From Candidatus Jorgensenbacteria bacterium CG03_land_8_20_14_0_80_38_39 (GTDB taxonomy: Bacteria > Patescibacteriota > Minisyncoccia > UBA6257 > GWB1-50-10), in the NCBI GenBank assembly GCA_002781185.1, contig PEUU01000020.1, positions 1 to 58,711 of the forward strand: a stretch of DNA of 58,711 nt, written 5' to 3'. Positions 1 to 10,700 of the stretch are shown piece by piece. A program made the position numbers and the translations under genes. How positions within the stretch are numbered: position 1 is the stretch's first letter; the number at the start of each line of letters is the position of its first letter. The notes under the pieces are model-generated. The model did not search any database, had not been told where the DNA came from, and saw only the letters and a program-made list of their open reading frames with translations.

Positions 1-27
1 GCCCTCGCTTTCCGCCGCCGAATTTCG
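1..27. repeat. Left arm of inverted repeat bracketing the HTH-serpin cassette
   Basis: The sequence is gccctcgctttccgccgccgaatttcg. Its reverse complement recurs at 1723-1755 with one 3-nt and one 1-nt indel. The window edge hides anything further left. Confidence 0.7.
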
Positions 28-149
28 TATTTCGCCTTGCGAAATACGCCGCCAAAAAAAGTTTTGTTTGCCTAAATTCATTTTATTTGGTAGTATAAGA
101 ATACAGATAATAACCTTATATACTATAATACTACCAAAACTTTATTTAT

Positions 150-356
150 ATGACAAGTGGAAAAACAATCAGCGAAAATATCAAGAAAATGCGCGCCAAG
201 CTTGGCTTAACGCAAGATGATTTAGCCAAGAAAGCGGATATTAAATATACAACGCTTATGAAAGTCGAAAGTGGCACCGTTAATAAACCAAGCGTTCAAA
301 CTATGGATAGAATCGCCAAAGCGTTGTGCGTTTCAATTGAGGATTTGATAAAATAG
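150..356 (+). CDS. XRE/Cro-C1 family helix-turn-helix transcriptional regulator
   Basis: 68 aa. LGLTQDDLAKKADIKYTTLMKVESG is a classic HTH_3-type motif. A 10-bp inverted repeat ttggtagtat/atactaccaa (87-96, 128-137) and a tataat box lie upstream. Confidence 0.8.
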   Translation: MTSGKTISENIKKMRAKLGLTQDDLAKKADIKYTTLMKVESGTVNKPSVQTMDRIAKALCVSIEDLIK

Positions 357-418
357 TTTTGTATTGTGTTAAAATTAAAAGGTCAATTATAAATAATTTA
401 AAAATTAAATTAACTAAT

Positions 419-1690
419 ATGAATATAAACTGGAAAATTTTAACAGGTATTGCAATACTTTTGGCGATTGTGATTGTTGGCGGTATTTTTCTATTTCGTG
501 AAGGAACAATTTCTTTGCCGGAGCCAAAACCAAACCTCGCAGATATTAATAATGTTGTGGAGGCCAACAATCAATTTGCCTTGGATTACTATTCTAAATT
601 AAAAGACAAAGATGGGGACAACATTTTCTTTTCGCCATTTAGCATCTCTAGCGCCTTTGTAATGACATATGAAGGAGCAAAAGGACAAACAGCCGAAGAA
701 ATACGGTCAGTGTTTTATTTCCCAGAAAGTAGTAATTTAAGACGAACAGAGTACACAACGATTTTTGATGAAATAAATAAGGGAGATAAAAAATACAAAC
801 TTAGCAGTGCTAATGCTCTTTGGGCTCAAGAGGATTACCAATTTTTAAAGGACTATTTTGACAGTGTAGAGAAATACTATGGAGGAAAAGCCACAAATCT
901 TGATTTCAAAAAAGACCCAGAAGGGTCGCGAGTAACGATAAATAACTGGGTGGAAAACCAAACAAATGACAAAATCAAAGACCTAATCCCTTCAGGAATA
1001 ATAAAAACAATGACCAAATTAGTGTTGACAAATGCCATTTACTTCAAAGGAGAGTGGGTCAAGCAATTTAGTAAAAATGACACGAAGGAAGAAAATTTCA
1101 GAACAAATAAGAACGGGACTGTTAAAACTCAAATGATGCAGCGTACAGACGATGAAGCTATTTTCAATTATGCTGAAAACAGTAATCTTCAAATTCTTGA
1201 AACGCCGTATTCTGGAGAAGAACTGTCTATATTACTTCTGCTTCCCAAGGGCGATAATTTAGAAAAATTAGAAAGTTTACTTAGCACCAAAAAATTGTCA
1301 GAGTGGAGAAAAGATTTAGAAGAACAGAGAGTTAAGGTATTTATTCCTAAATTCAAATTTGAAACTAAATATTTCATGGCTGACGACCTTAAAGCGATGG
1401 GTATGCCGATTGCTTTTTCTGACTCAGCAGATTTTTCTGGAATGACCGGAAAAAGAGATTTAAAGATTAATGAGGCAATCCATCAAGCTTTCGTTGAAGT
1501 AAATGAAGAAGGGACAGAAGCAGCCGCGGCCACTGCCGTTGTTATGAGGCCGGTAGGAGGCGCTGCCGGTCCCCAAAAAGAACCCAAAATACCAGTATTT
1601 CGAGCTGATCATCCCTTTATATTTTTGATTCAGCAAAAAAACACCGGAAATATTTTATTTATAGGCAGAGTTGTTAATCCGAATTTATAG
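419..1690 (+). CDS. Serpin (serine protease inhibitor) with N-terminal membrane anchor/signal
   Basis: The ORF track gives 359-1690. The ATG at 419 precedes the hydrophobic segment ILTGIAILLAIVIVGGIF. The serpin hinge EEGTEAAAATAVV and the C-terminal FRADHPFIFLI signature are present. The reactive-centre loop is about 7 aa longer than in alpha-1-antitrypsin. Confidence 0.9.
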   Translation: MNINWKILTGIAILLAIVIVGGIFLFREGTISLPEPKPNLADINNVVEANNQFALDYYSKLKDKDGDNIFFSPFSISSAFVMTYEGAKGQTAEEIRSVFYFPESSNLRRTEYTTIFDEINKGDKKYKLSSANALWAQEDYQFLKDYFDSVEKYYGGKATNLDFKKDPEGSRVTINNWVENQTNDKIKDLIPSGIIKTMTKLVLTNAIYFKGEWVKQFSKNDTKEENFRTNKNGTVKTQMMQRTDDEAIFNYAENSNLQILETPYSGEELSILLLLPKGDNLEKLESLLSTKKLSEWRKDLEEQRVKVFIPKFKFETKYFMADDLKAMGMPIAFSDSADFSGMTGKRDLKINEAIHQAFVEVNEEGTEAAAATAVVMRPVGGAAGPQKEPKIPVFRADHPFIFLIQQKNTGNILFIGRVVNPNL

Positions 1691-1722
1691 AACTTAAAGG
1701 CGGCGCGCCAGTTTCACTGGCA

Positions 1723-1755
1723 CGAAATTCGGCGGCGGCGGAAAGCGAGGACGGG
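1723..1755. repeat. Right arm of inverted repeat bracketing the HTH-serpin cassette
   Basis: cgaaattcggcggcggcggaaagcgaggacgggc is the reverse complement of bases 1-27 with small indels. GC-rich hairpins follow it (ggcgcgc-gaa-gcgcgcc at about 1867-1883; gggcccc...ggggccc at 1753-1849). Confidence 0.7.
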
Positions 1756-2115
1756 CCCCGAAGGAGAAACTTCGTTTCCCTACGGGGTAAACAAAAATTC
1801 TTGCTTTTTGCTTGCCCCGTAGTAAGCCGAAGGCTTTACTATGGGGCCCGCCCGAGCGTTCAGTTTGGCGCGCGAAGCGCGCCGTCAGTTCCGTTCAAAA
1901 AAGGTTCGGATTTCGTCAAACAAACGCACTAAAGAAAATTTGGTGTATTTATATTCCTCCACTCGAACTTACTTTATAGGTCCGGATTTGGTCAAATAAA
2001 TGCACAAGCTTGAATTAACACCTCGGCCTCGCCGGCATTTCCTCGCCTCTCACTTGCTCTTGGTAGAGACGCGAATTTTTTTGGTTTAAATGATTTTCTA
2101 TTAGTTTAAATATTT

Positions 2116-2176
2116 ATTGAAGTTCAACTTCCATAGTTGGTTTATGGAAAAATTATTATGGAAGTTGAACTTCAAT
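2116..2176. repeat. Hairpin with perfect 20-bp arms
   Basis: attgaagttcaacttccata (2116-2135) pairs with tatggaagttgaacttcaat (2157-2176) across a 21-nt loop. Confidence 0.85.
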
Positions 2177-2202
2177 AGAATTTCAGTGAAAATCAAATGT
2201 CT

Positions 2203-2230
2203 CAGATATCCCACATATGTGGGATATCTG
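2203..2230. repeat. Perfect 28-bp palindrome centred on ACATATGT
   Basis: The sequence cagatatcccacatatgtgggatatctg is self-complementary. Confidence 0.9.
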
Positions 2231-2270
2231 AAGACTCAAAAATTAGAAAGATATCCTTGAATTGAAATAA

Positions 2271-2312
2271 TGAACTAGCTTTTATCAGCGATAGCAAATA
2301 AAAGCTAGTTCA
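2271..2312. repeat. Hairpin with 15-bp perfect arms
   Basis: tgaactagcttttat pairs with ataaaagctagttca across a 12-nt loop. Confidence 0.8.
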
Positions 2313-2500
2313 AATTTAAAGATTGAAAAAAGAAAAACAAAAAACCGATATCAGGGGGTAAAAAAAACAGAAAATCCATATCAGAGGATAAAATAAAAAA
2401 GAAAATAAAAAACCGATTCTTGACTTTTTGATTTTGGTTGTTTAGATTAAAAACGTTCGTTGAAAAATTATCCGAAACCAAAAATTGAAAGGGACACAAG

Positions 2501-2803
2501 ATGAGAACGAAAACGGAGGGTTTTGAAGTTATCCCTGGTCTAACAACCTGGGCCAACAATTTTTTAAAAGAAGCCACACCAAAAGGGGTGTATAGCTTCT
2601 ATCTCGGGGACCATTTTTTTAATGTCCCCTTAAAAGAGTGGACCCTTCCTGAGTTTGGGGAAGTGGTCCGAGAACAAGTTCAGGCTGAGATAGATATTAA
2701 CCATCTCGGTCCAGCTCTTTTCATCGCCTTACGCGATAAGAATGGCTGGATTGAAGAGAGCAGATGGTCTCAATCTTTAATTGAGGTCTATCAATCAATT
2801 TAA
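2501..2803 (+). CDS. Hypothetical protein
   Basis: 100-aa ORF with normal amino-acid composition. A plausible sigma70 promoter (ttgact-17-tagatt) lies about 70 nt upstream. I recognise no family. Confidence 0.4.
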   Translation: MRTKTEGFEVIPGLTTWANNFLKEATPKGVYSFYLGDHFFNVPLKEWTLPEFGEVVREQVQAEIDINHLGPALFIALRDKNGWIEESRWSQSLIEVYQSI

Positions 2804-2822
2804 TATATTGAAGCCGTTAAAA

Positions 2823-3368
2823 CTAAAGAGCGGCTTCTTTTTTATTTATTTTAACCAAAATTGAAGAAAGCAGAAATTTTATTAAGAAAAAAGAAAGGAG
2901 AGCTATTAAAAAACCTCCTAAAATATCCGAAAGCCAGTGAACGCCGGTAAATATCCTGGCTAAGCCGTTTAGAAAAGCCAAAATAAAAAACCAAATTCCC
3001 CAACGCCGGTTAAAGTAAAACAAAACAAGGGCAAGGGCAAACAAGAAAGCCGCGTGACCGGACGGAAAAGAAGCGCCGGATTCAGGAATTAAAGAAGTAA
3101 TTCCCAAAAGCTCAAACGGCCGAGGCCGATAATAAAAAAACCTAATAACTTCCGTTAAAATTCCCCGGGAGAGAATAAGGCAAAGGCCGGAAAAAATAAA
3201 AACCAGCCATTTTTCCTTCCAGGGTTTCTGCTTAAAAATAAAAACGAGGACGGCAAGAACCAAAAAAATAGGAAGATATTTGGCTAAAAAAACAGCCAAA
3301 GCGTTAATCAAGGAAGAAAAACCGCTGAGACTAAAAATAAATCTGAAAATAGAAATATCCAAAGACAT
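2823..3368 (-). CDS. PAP2-family (phosphatidic acid / undecaprenyl-diphosphate) phosphatase
   Basis: Polytopic membrane protein with PAP2 motifs PSGHAAF and GVHWLSDILGG. The ORF track start at 3461 would overlap rpsR, so the internal ATG at 3368 (MSLDISIF) is preferred. Confidence 0.75.
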   Translation of the reverse strand: MSLDISIFRFIFSLSGFSSLINALAVFLAKYLPIFLVLAVLVFIFKQKPWKEKWLVFIFSGLCLILSRGILTEVIRFFYYRPRPFELLGITSLIPESGASFPSGHAAFLFALALVLFYFNRRWGIWFFILAFLNGLARIFTGVHWLSDILGGFLIALLSFFLIKFLLSSILVKINKKEAAL

Positions 3369-3379
3369 AAAAACCAAAA

Positions 3380-3580
3380 TTAGCGCCGGACAAAAGGCAA
3401 AAGACCTATTATTCTGGCTTTTTTTATGGCCCGGGCCAAAAGGCGTTGATGTTTGGCGCAAACGCCGCTATGCTGCGGGTCAATAATTTTTGCCTGGCTG
3501 GAAACAAAACGTTTTAAGACTTCAATGTCTTTATAATCAACTTCTTTTAAATTTTGTGAGCAAAAAAAACACTGTTTCAT
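3380..3580 (-). CDS. rpsR: 30S ribosomal protein bS18
   Basis: 66 aa. CFFC...DYKDIEVLKRFVS...CAKHQRLLARAIKKARIIGLLPF matches the bS18 pattern. It is the last gene of the conserved rpsF-ssb-rpsR order. Confidence 0.9.
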   Translation of the reverse strand: MKQCFFCSQNLKEVDYKDIEVLKRFVSSQAKIIDPQHSGVCAKHQRLLARAIKKARIIGLLPFVRR

Positions 3581-3637
3581 GCTAATGTTGTCCCGCCTAA
3601 ATTTTGTTCTCCAAAACTTTGGCGGGGACCAAACCTT

Positions 3638-4099
3638 TTAAAAGGGAATGTCTTCTTTGGCTTCTTTGGCTTCTTCTTCACCCAAATCAATTTCCGGCAA
3701 TTTTTCCTCTTTTTCTATTTCCTGATTAAAATCAGGGGCGGCATCAGCCGGCGCAAATCCGCCACCCCCGGCTGAACGAGGACCCAACTGCATTCGCTCG
3801 CAAATAACCTCCGTGGTTCTTCTGTTTTGGCCCTGCTGGTCTTGCCAAGTTCTAGTTTGCAAACGACCTTCAATTAAAACTAAACTTCCCTTTTTCAAAA
3901 ATTGATTGGCTACTTCCGCTTGCCTGCCCCAAACAACCACATTGTGAAACTGAGTGTCTTCCTGGCGCTGACCATTTTTATCCACCCAAAATCTATTTGT
4001 GGCCAAAGAAAAATTAGCCACTGATTTGCCGTTCGGCGTTGAACGCAATTGAGGGTCGGCTGTTAACCTCCCTAAAAGAAAAATTTTATTTAAATTCAT
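3638..4099 (-). CDS. ssb: Single-stranded DNA-binding protein
   Basis: 153 aa with the OB-fold N-terminus MNLNKIFLLGRLTADPQLR, a Gly-rich linker and an acidic tail ending DIPF. Confidence 0.9.
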   Translation of the reverse strand: MNLNKIFLLGRLTADPQLRSTPNGKSVANFSLATNRFWVDKNGQRQEDTQFHNVVVWGRQAEVANQFLKKGSLVLIEGRLQTRTWQDQQGQNRRTTEVICERMQLGPRSAGGGGFAPADAAPDFNQEIEKEEKLPEIDLGEEEAKEAKEDIPF

Positions 4100-4149
4100 A
4101 ATTTCTTTTCAAAGATAAAATTTTCTCCAAAACCGACCTTTTAAATTTA

Positions 4150-4287
4150 CCCCGTATAACAACTGCGATAGGTCTGACTCAATTTCTCCATATAAAGGAT
4201 ACCATATTAGTGAGAAAAGAACTATATCAAAATCTGAAACAGAACAATGAATCAGCCAGAAATTGCAATCGCAGTTGTATTACGGGG
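4150..4287. repeat. 138-bp element with 20-bp terminal inverted repeats (MITE-like or structured RNA)
   Basis: ccccgtataacaactgcgat (4150-4169) versus atcgcagttgtattacgggg (4268-4287) gives 18/20 complementary positions. The element fills the rpsF-ssb spacer and abuts the rpsF stop codon. Confidence 0.6.
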
Positions 4288-4288
4288 T

Positions 4289-4720
4289 TTACTGGAGAAT
4301 TTCTTCAATTTTCTTTTCTAAGGCCTCATTAGTCAAAACTGGCTCAAAAGGTTTTTTGACTTCTTTCTTGGGAAACGGCTGACGGCCCCGGCTTTTTAAT
4401 ACGGCTACACCTCCAGATTGTTGCCCTTCTTTAAAAGGAAGATTTAACAAAATAAAACGAAGAATTGTTTGTTCCCCTTTTAAATCTTTTTGAAACTCAA
4501 TAATTTCAGCCGGGTTGGCTAAAAATTGAATGAAATTAAAAAAAGCCGACTGAATTTTTTTAATAGGATAAGCTAAATTAACCTTGACTATTTCCCCTTC
4601 TTCAGTAATAGAAAAATTCCGCTTTTCCAAAAGATTTTTAACAATTGGACTGTCTTCCTCCAAAAGCAAAAATCCTAATTCGTATTTCCTAACTTCCTTT
4701 TCTGAATTTTCGTTATTCAT
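4289..4720 (-). CDS. rpsF: 30S ribosomal protein bS6
   Basis: 143 aa, positioned upstream of ssb-rpsR. The N-terminal YELGFLL region is bS6-like. Its start overlaps the rpoBC stop by 8 nt. Confidence 0.7.
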   Translation of the reverse strand: MNNENSEKEVRKYELGFLLLEEDSPIVKNLLEKRNFSITEEGEIVKVNLAYPIKKIQSAFFNFIQFLANPAEIIEFQKDLKGEQTILRFILLNLPFKEGQQSGGVAVLKSRGRQPFPKKEVKKPFEPVLTNEALEKKIEEILQ

Positions 4721-7700
4721 CTTCTTCTTTTTCTTCTACTTTATCAGCCTCTTTGCTCGGTGTCAATAAATCCTTGGGAATGCCTCGAAAAGCCGTACCG
4801 ACCGGTATTAATTTGCCGATAATGACGTTTTCCTTTAAGCCGCGTAAATAATCGGTTCGGCCTTCGGTGGCGGCAGTGACTAAAACCCGGGAAGTTTCCT
4901 GGAAAGAAGCGGCGGAAAGAAAACTTTCGGTTGTTAAAGCCACGCGGCTAATCCCCAAAATTTTTTGCTTGGCTTTGGCTAAATTTCCTTTCAGCTGTTT
5001 CATTTCTTTATTAATTTGCAAAAATCTGGATTTCTCCATTAAATCGTTAACCATTATCTCCGTATCGCCAGGGTCAGTAACCAAAACCCGGGAAAGCATT
5101 TGCCGAACAATAACTTCAATATGCTTGTCATTTATTGAAGCGCCAGCCGAAACATAAATTTTTTGAACTTCGTTAATAATATAACGCTCTAAGGCTTCTA
5201 TTCCCTGGTAAATTAAAACATCTCTTAAATTAAGAGGACCTTCATATAAAGGTTGACCTTTATACACCCTCTCTCCTTCTTTAATAAGAAGGTTGACATA
5301 AATTGGAACTGGATATTCCACGATTTCGGATTTTTTGCTTTTAGATTTAACTGCTTCCTGAATTTTAATAATTTTTTCATTGCCTTTTTCTTCTATGACT
5401 TTCACTTTACCATCGCCTTTGGCTAGTAAAGCCGCTCCTTTGGGCGGACGAGCTTCAAAAACTTCTTCCACTCTTGGTAAACCATAAGTAATATCCATAC
5501 CGGCTATTCCGCCAACGTGAAAAGTTCGTAAGGTTAATTGCATCCCCGGTTCGCCAATTGACTGAGCGGCAATAATGCCGATGGCTTCACCAATGTCAAT
5601 CGGCTTGTTGCGGCTCAAATCCAAGCCGTAGCAAGCCGAACAAACTCCAAAAAAGGATTTACAAGTTATTGGTGAACGAATTTTAACTGATTCCAGACCG
5701 GATTCTTGAATTTTTTTAGCTTGTTCCTGAGAAATTATTTCACCGGCTCGGACGATAAGTTTCCGGCCGATTCTAATATCCTCCAAAGCTGTCCGGGAAA
5801 AGAGACGTTCAGCAAAATTATAATTATACTCATCGCTTTCTTTTCGAACGATTTCTATTCCTTTGTTCGTGCCGCAATCTTTTTCTTTAATTATCAAATC
5901 TTGGGCAACATCCACCAAACGCCGGGTTAAATAACCAGCCTGGGCGGTCTTCAAAGCCGTATCCGTTGAACCCTTTCTGGCACCGTGAGTGGCAAAAAAG
6001 TATTCCAAAACACCCAAACCTTCTTTGTAAGACGATTTGATAGGCAATTCAATGATGCGCATATTAGGGTCTTGAACCAGCCCTTTCATTCCCATCATTT
6101 GATTAATCTGAGACCAACTGCCGCGGCTGCCGGAATCAATAATGCTGAAAATAGGATTGTCCGGAAGTAAAATTTTAGAAACCTCCTTGGAAACCTCTTC
6201 GTTAACTTTTGTCCAAAGTAAAACAGCTTTTTCTGTCCGCTCTTCTTGGGTTAAAAGCCCTTCCTCAAGCTGAGAATTAATTTCTTCCATTTCTTTTTCG
6301 GCCCGAGCTAAAATTTCTTTCTTGGCGGGCGGGGTAAGAACATCGCTCATATTCCAAGTAATGGCTGATAAGGTGGAATAAGAAAAACCCAGGTCTTTAA
6401 TTTTATCCAAAAAAACATAGGCAGATTCCGGGCCGCATAATTCAATAATTCTAGAAACCACTCGGGAAAGAGCTTTTTTGTTCATTGTTTCGTTGACGAA
6501 ACTTAACTCAGCCGGCAAAGCCCGGTTAAAAATCAACCGGCCATAAGTCGTTTCTATTAGTGATATTGAATCGCTATTTGAATTCTTTGGATTGGGAACT
6601 TTTATCTTGGTTTGAATGTCAATAAAACCGTTTTCATAAGCTAACATTGCTTCTCTTTCATCGGCAAAAATTTTACCTTCGCCTTTAGCCCTTTCTTTAA
6701 TTTTAGTTAAAAAGTAACAACCTAAGGTGATGTCTGTCGTGGGAGAAGTAATGGGTTCGCCGTTAGCCGGTTTTAAAACGCCTAAAGTGGCATCCATTAA
6801 ATGTTTGGCTTCATACTGGGCTTCTTTAGTCAAGGGCAAATGGACCGCCATTTGGTCGCCGTCAAAATCAGCATTAAAAGCCGCGCAGACCATTGGCGGA
6901 ATCCGAATAGCCAGGCCCTCAATTAAAATCGGTTTAAAGGCCTGAATACTTAAGCGGTGAAGAGTGGGAGCGCGATTTAATAAAACTCTTTTATCGGCGA
7001 TAACTTCTTCCAAGATTGCCCAAACTTCCGGCGATTCTTGTTCAATAAAACGATTAGCATTTTTAATGTTGTAAGCCAAACCTCTTTCAATAATCTTACT
7101 AATGACAAATGGCCGGAAAAGTTCCAAAGCTAAAATTTTTGGCAAACCGCACTCGTTAAGCTTTAATTCCGGTCCAATAACGATGACGGAACGGCCGGAA
7201 TAATCTACTCTTTTACCTAAAAGGTTTTGGCGGAAACGGCCTTGTTTGCCTTTTAAGGTATCTGCCAGCGAACGGAGGGGCCGGCGCCGGCTGGAAAGAA
7301 TTTGGCTGCCGGTTCGAGCCGTGTTATCAATTAAAGCGTCAACTGCCTCCTGAAGCATTCTCTTTTCATTGGCAATAATTACTTCTGGCGATTTAAGCTC
7401 AATTAACTTTTTCAAACGGTTATTGCGGTTAATGACCCGACGATATAAATCATTGAGGTCAGCGGTAGCGTAACGGCCGCCGTCCAAAGCCACCATTGGC
7501 CGAAGTTCTGGCGGCAAAACGGGCAAAATAGTTAAAATCGTCCACTCCGGTCTAATCCCGGCTTTAATAAAAGACTTAACCAGTTTAAGTCGGCGGCGTA
7601 AGTGAATTTGTCTATTAATATCTTTAACTTGCAGTATTTCTTTTTCTAAATTTTTAGCCAGAGAATTTAAATCAATTTTTTCTAAAATTTTTCTTAATGC

Positions 7701-10700
7701 TCCGGCTCCTCTGTCGGCTTCAAAAATATCCCCAAAGCGTTCGGCTAAATTAAGATATTCGTCTTCGTTTAGAATTAATCCCGGTTTTAAAATGGTTAAA
7801 ATTTCTTTAAGCTTGGTTTGCTGAGCGGTTAAATTTTCAATATCTGCTTCGGCTTTCTTTTTCAAAGATTTAAATTCTTTTTCCAATTCTTTTAAAATTT
7901 TTTTTCGGCTCCCTTCATCAACAGAAGTAACAATATAAGCGGCAAAATAAACCACCTTTTCAAGCTTGGGCAAAGAAACATCCAAAAGCAACCTTAATCT
8001 TGAAGGAACGGTCCGCAAAAACCAAATGTGAGCAATTGGAGCCGCCAAGGTAATATGGCCCATTCGTTCACGCCGGACTGCCGAACGCGTTACTTCCACG
8101 CCGCATTTTTCGCAAATGATTCCCTTATAGCGGACTTTCTTATATTTGCCACAGTAACATTCATAATCTTTAGTGGGACCGAAAATCCGCTCGGAAAAAA
8201 GGCCATTTTTTTCCGGCCGCTGAGTGCGATAATTAATGGTTTCGGCTTTCGTCACTTCACCGTAAGACCAAGATTTAATTTCTTCGGGCGAAGCAACCTT
8301 GATAGAAATTGATTTTAAATTTAATTCATCTCTACCTATATTTTTCCTCTCATATTTTTCCTCCTCTGTTTTTTCTTTATTTTCGTTGGTGAAAATTGAT
8401 AACCCCAAAGACTTTAATTCGCTGACCAAGACTTTAAAAGAAGCGGGAATGTTCGGTTTTTTGATGTCTTGATTCCTGATAATAGCCTCAAAAGCCGCTG
8501 ACCTTCCTATGACGTCATCGGATTTAATGGTTGACATTTCCTGCAATAAATGAGCTGCCCCGTAACCTTCCAAGGCCCAAACTTCCATTTCCCCAAAACG
8601 CTGACCGCCCATTTGGGCTTTTCCTCCCAAGGGCTGCTGAGTGATTAAAGAATAAGGGCCGGTTGAACGCATATGAATTTTATCCTCAACCAAATGATTT
8701 AGTTTCATCATATAAATGTAGCCGACCGCAATCGGCTGACGGAAAGATTCGCCGGTTAAGCCGTTATAAACAGTAATTTTGCCGCTAGCCGGTAAGCCAG
8801 CTTTAATAAGCTCCCCTTTAATCTCTTCTTCGGTGGCGCCAACAAAATTAGGAACAATGGCGCGATAACCAAGTTGATGAGCGGCCCAACCAAGATGAGT
8901 CTCAAAAATTTGACCCAAGTTCATTCGGGAAATAACTCCCAAGGGATTCAAAACAATATCAACAGGAGTACCGTCTTCTAAATAAGGCATATCTTCCACC
9001 GGTCGGATTTGAGAAATAACGCCTTTATTGCCGTGCCGACCGGAAAGTTTGTCACCGGCTCTAATTTTTCTAATTTGGGCAACTTCAACTTGGATTTTTT
9101 TAATAATTCCCGGTTCAAGCTTATCGCCCTTATCGCGGTCAAAAATTTTTATGCCAATGACCCGGCCCCGCTTACCGTTAGGCAGGGTTAAAGAAGTGTC
9201 TTTTACTTCCCGGGCTTTTTCTCCGAAAATTGCTTTCAGCAATCTTTCTTCAGAAGTTAATTCCAGCTCTCCTTTAGGAGAAATTTTTCCGACTAAAATA
9301 TCATTGGGCTGAACTTCGGCGCCGATTCTAATAATCCCTTCTTCGTCTAAATTTCTTAATTTTTCTTCGGAAACATTAGCAATATCCGGCGTGGTAATTT
9401 CCGAACCAAGTTTGGTTTCACGAACCAAACAAAGAAAGGTTTCTATATGAACCGAAGTAAAACAATCGCCGCGAGCCACTCTTTCAGAAAGGATAACCGC
9501 ATCTTCAAAATTAGCTCCCTCCCAAGGAATAAAAGCCGCCAAAAGATTTTGACCTAGGGATAAAACGCCTTGGTTGGTGGCTGAACCGTCAGCCAAAATT
9601 TCGCCCTTTTTAACTTTCTGGCCTTTTTTTACAATTGGCCGCTGAGAAAGACAAGTCGGCTGGTTGGGACGCTTAAATTTCACAAGGGGATAAGTTTCAG
9701 AACCGCTTTCGGTTTTAATAACTATTTTTTGGGCATCAACTTCGGAAACAACGCCACTGACATTGCTGATTAAAAGCTGACCCGAATAAAAAGCGGCTTT
9801 TTCTTCTTGACCAGTACTAACCAACGGCGCTTCTGGCCGAACCAGCGGAACGGCCTGGCGCTGCATATTTGAACCCATCAAAGCTCGGTTGGCGTCGTCA
9901 TGCTCCAAGAAAGGAATTAAAGAAGTGGAAACGCTGATTAATTGATTAGGAGAAACGTCAATAAAATCAATTTCCTCGCGGTTGCAAAGACCCGGTTTTC
10001 CTTTTATTCTTGCCTCAACTGTTTTTTCAATGATTTGATTTTTGGCGTTTAAAGCAATACCGCCTGAAGCAATGGTATACCTTTCTTCTTCCACGGCGTC
10101 CAACCAAACAGCTTCCAAGGTAACCGCCCCATTTTTAACCTTAAAATAAGGAGTTTCTAAAAAGCCGAATTCATTGAGACGAGCGTAAGTCGCCAAACTA
10201 TTAACCAAACCGATATTGGCTCCTTCCGGCGTTTGAATGGGACAAATTCGGCCGTAGTAAGAAGGAAGAACATCTCGAACTTCAAGGCCAGCTCTTTCCC
10301 GAGTTAAACCGCCTGGCCCCATAGTTGAAAGACGGCGTTTGTGCTCCAGTTCAGCCAAAGGATTGACTTGGTCCATAAATTGAGAAAGCTGAGAAGAAGC
10401 GAAGAAATCTCTTAAAACCGCAATTAAAACTTTGTAATTAAGAAGTTTAACTGGCTGCAAATCTTCTTCCGGCAAAGTTGACATTCGGTCTTGAACAACC
10501 CTTTTCAAACGGGCAAATCCAACTCTTAATCTCAACTGGGCCAATTCGCCAACTGCCCTGACCCGACGATTACCCAAATGGTCAATATTATCGGGCTCGG
10601 CTTGGGGATTATTGTTAAGCCGAATTATTTCTTTAATAATGGCAATTAGATCTTCTAAATCAATAAAACGGCTGTCTTTCTTTTTGTCCAAGCCTAAACG

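Noticed and set aside
2305-2577. 90-aa minus-strand ORF rich in F/L/K
   Set aside because: It is translated from A/T homopolymer-rich intergenic DNA and overlaps the start of the 2501-2803 ORF and a hairpin. It is likely spurious.
3280-3486. 68-aa plus-strand ORF
   Set aside because: It lies antisense to the PAP2 phosphatase and the rpsR 3' end, so it is a shadow ORF.
4867-9312. Multiple 60-96 aa plus-strand ORFs in the track (for example 4867-5157, 5706-5930, 6727-6945, 8028-8312, 9028-9312)
   Set aside because: All lie antisense within the well-supported rpoBC ORF and have low-complexity or odd composition. They are treated as shadow ORFs.
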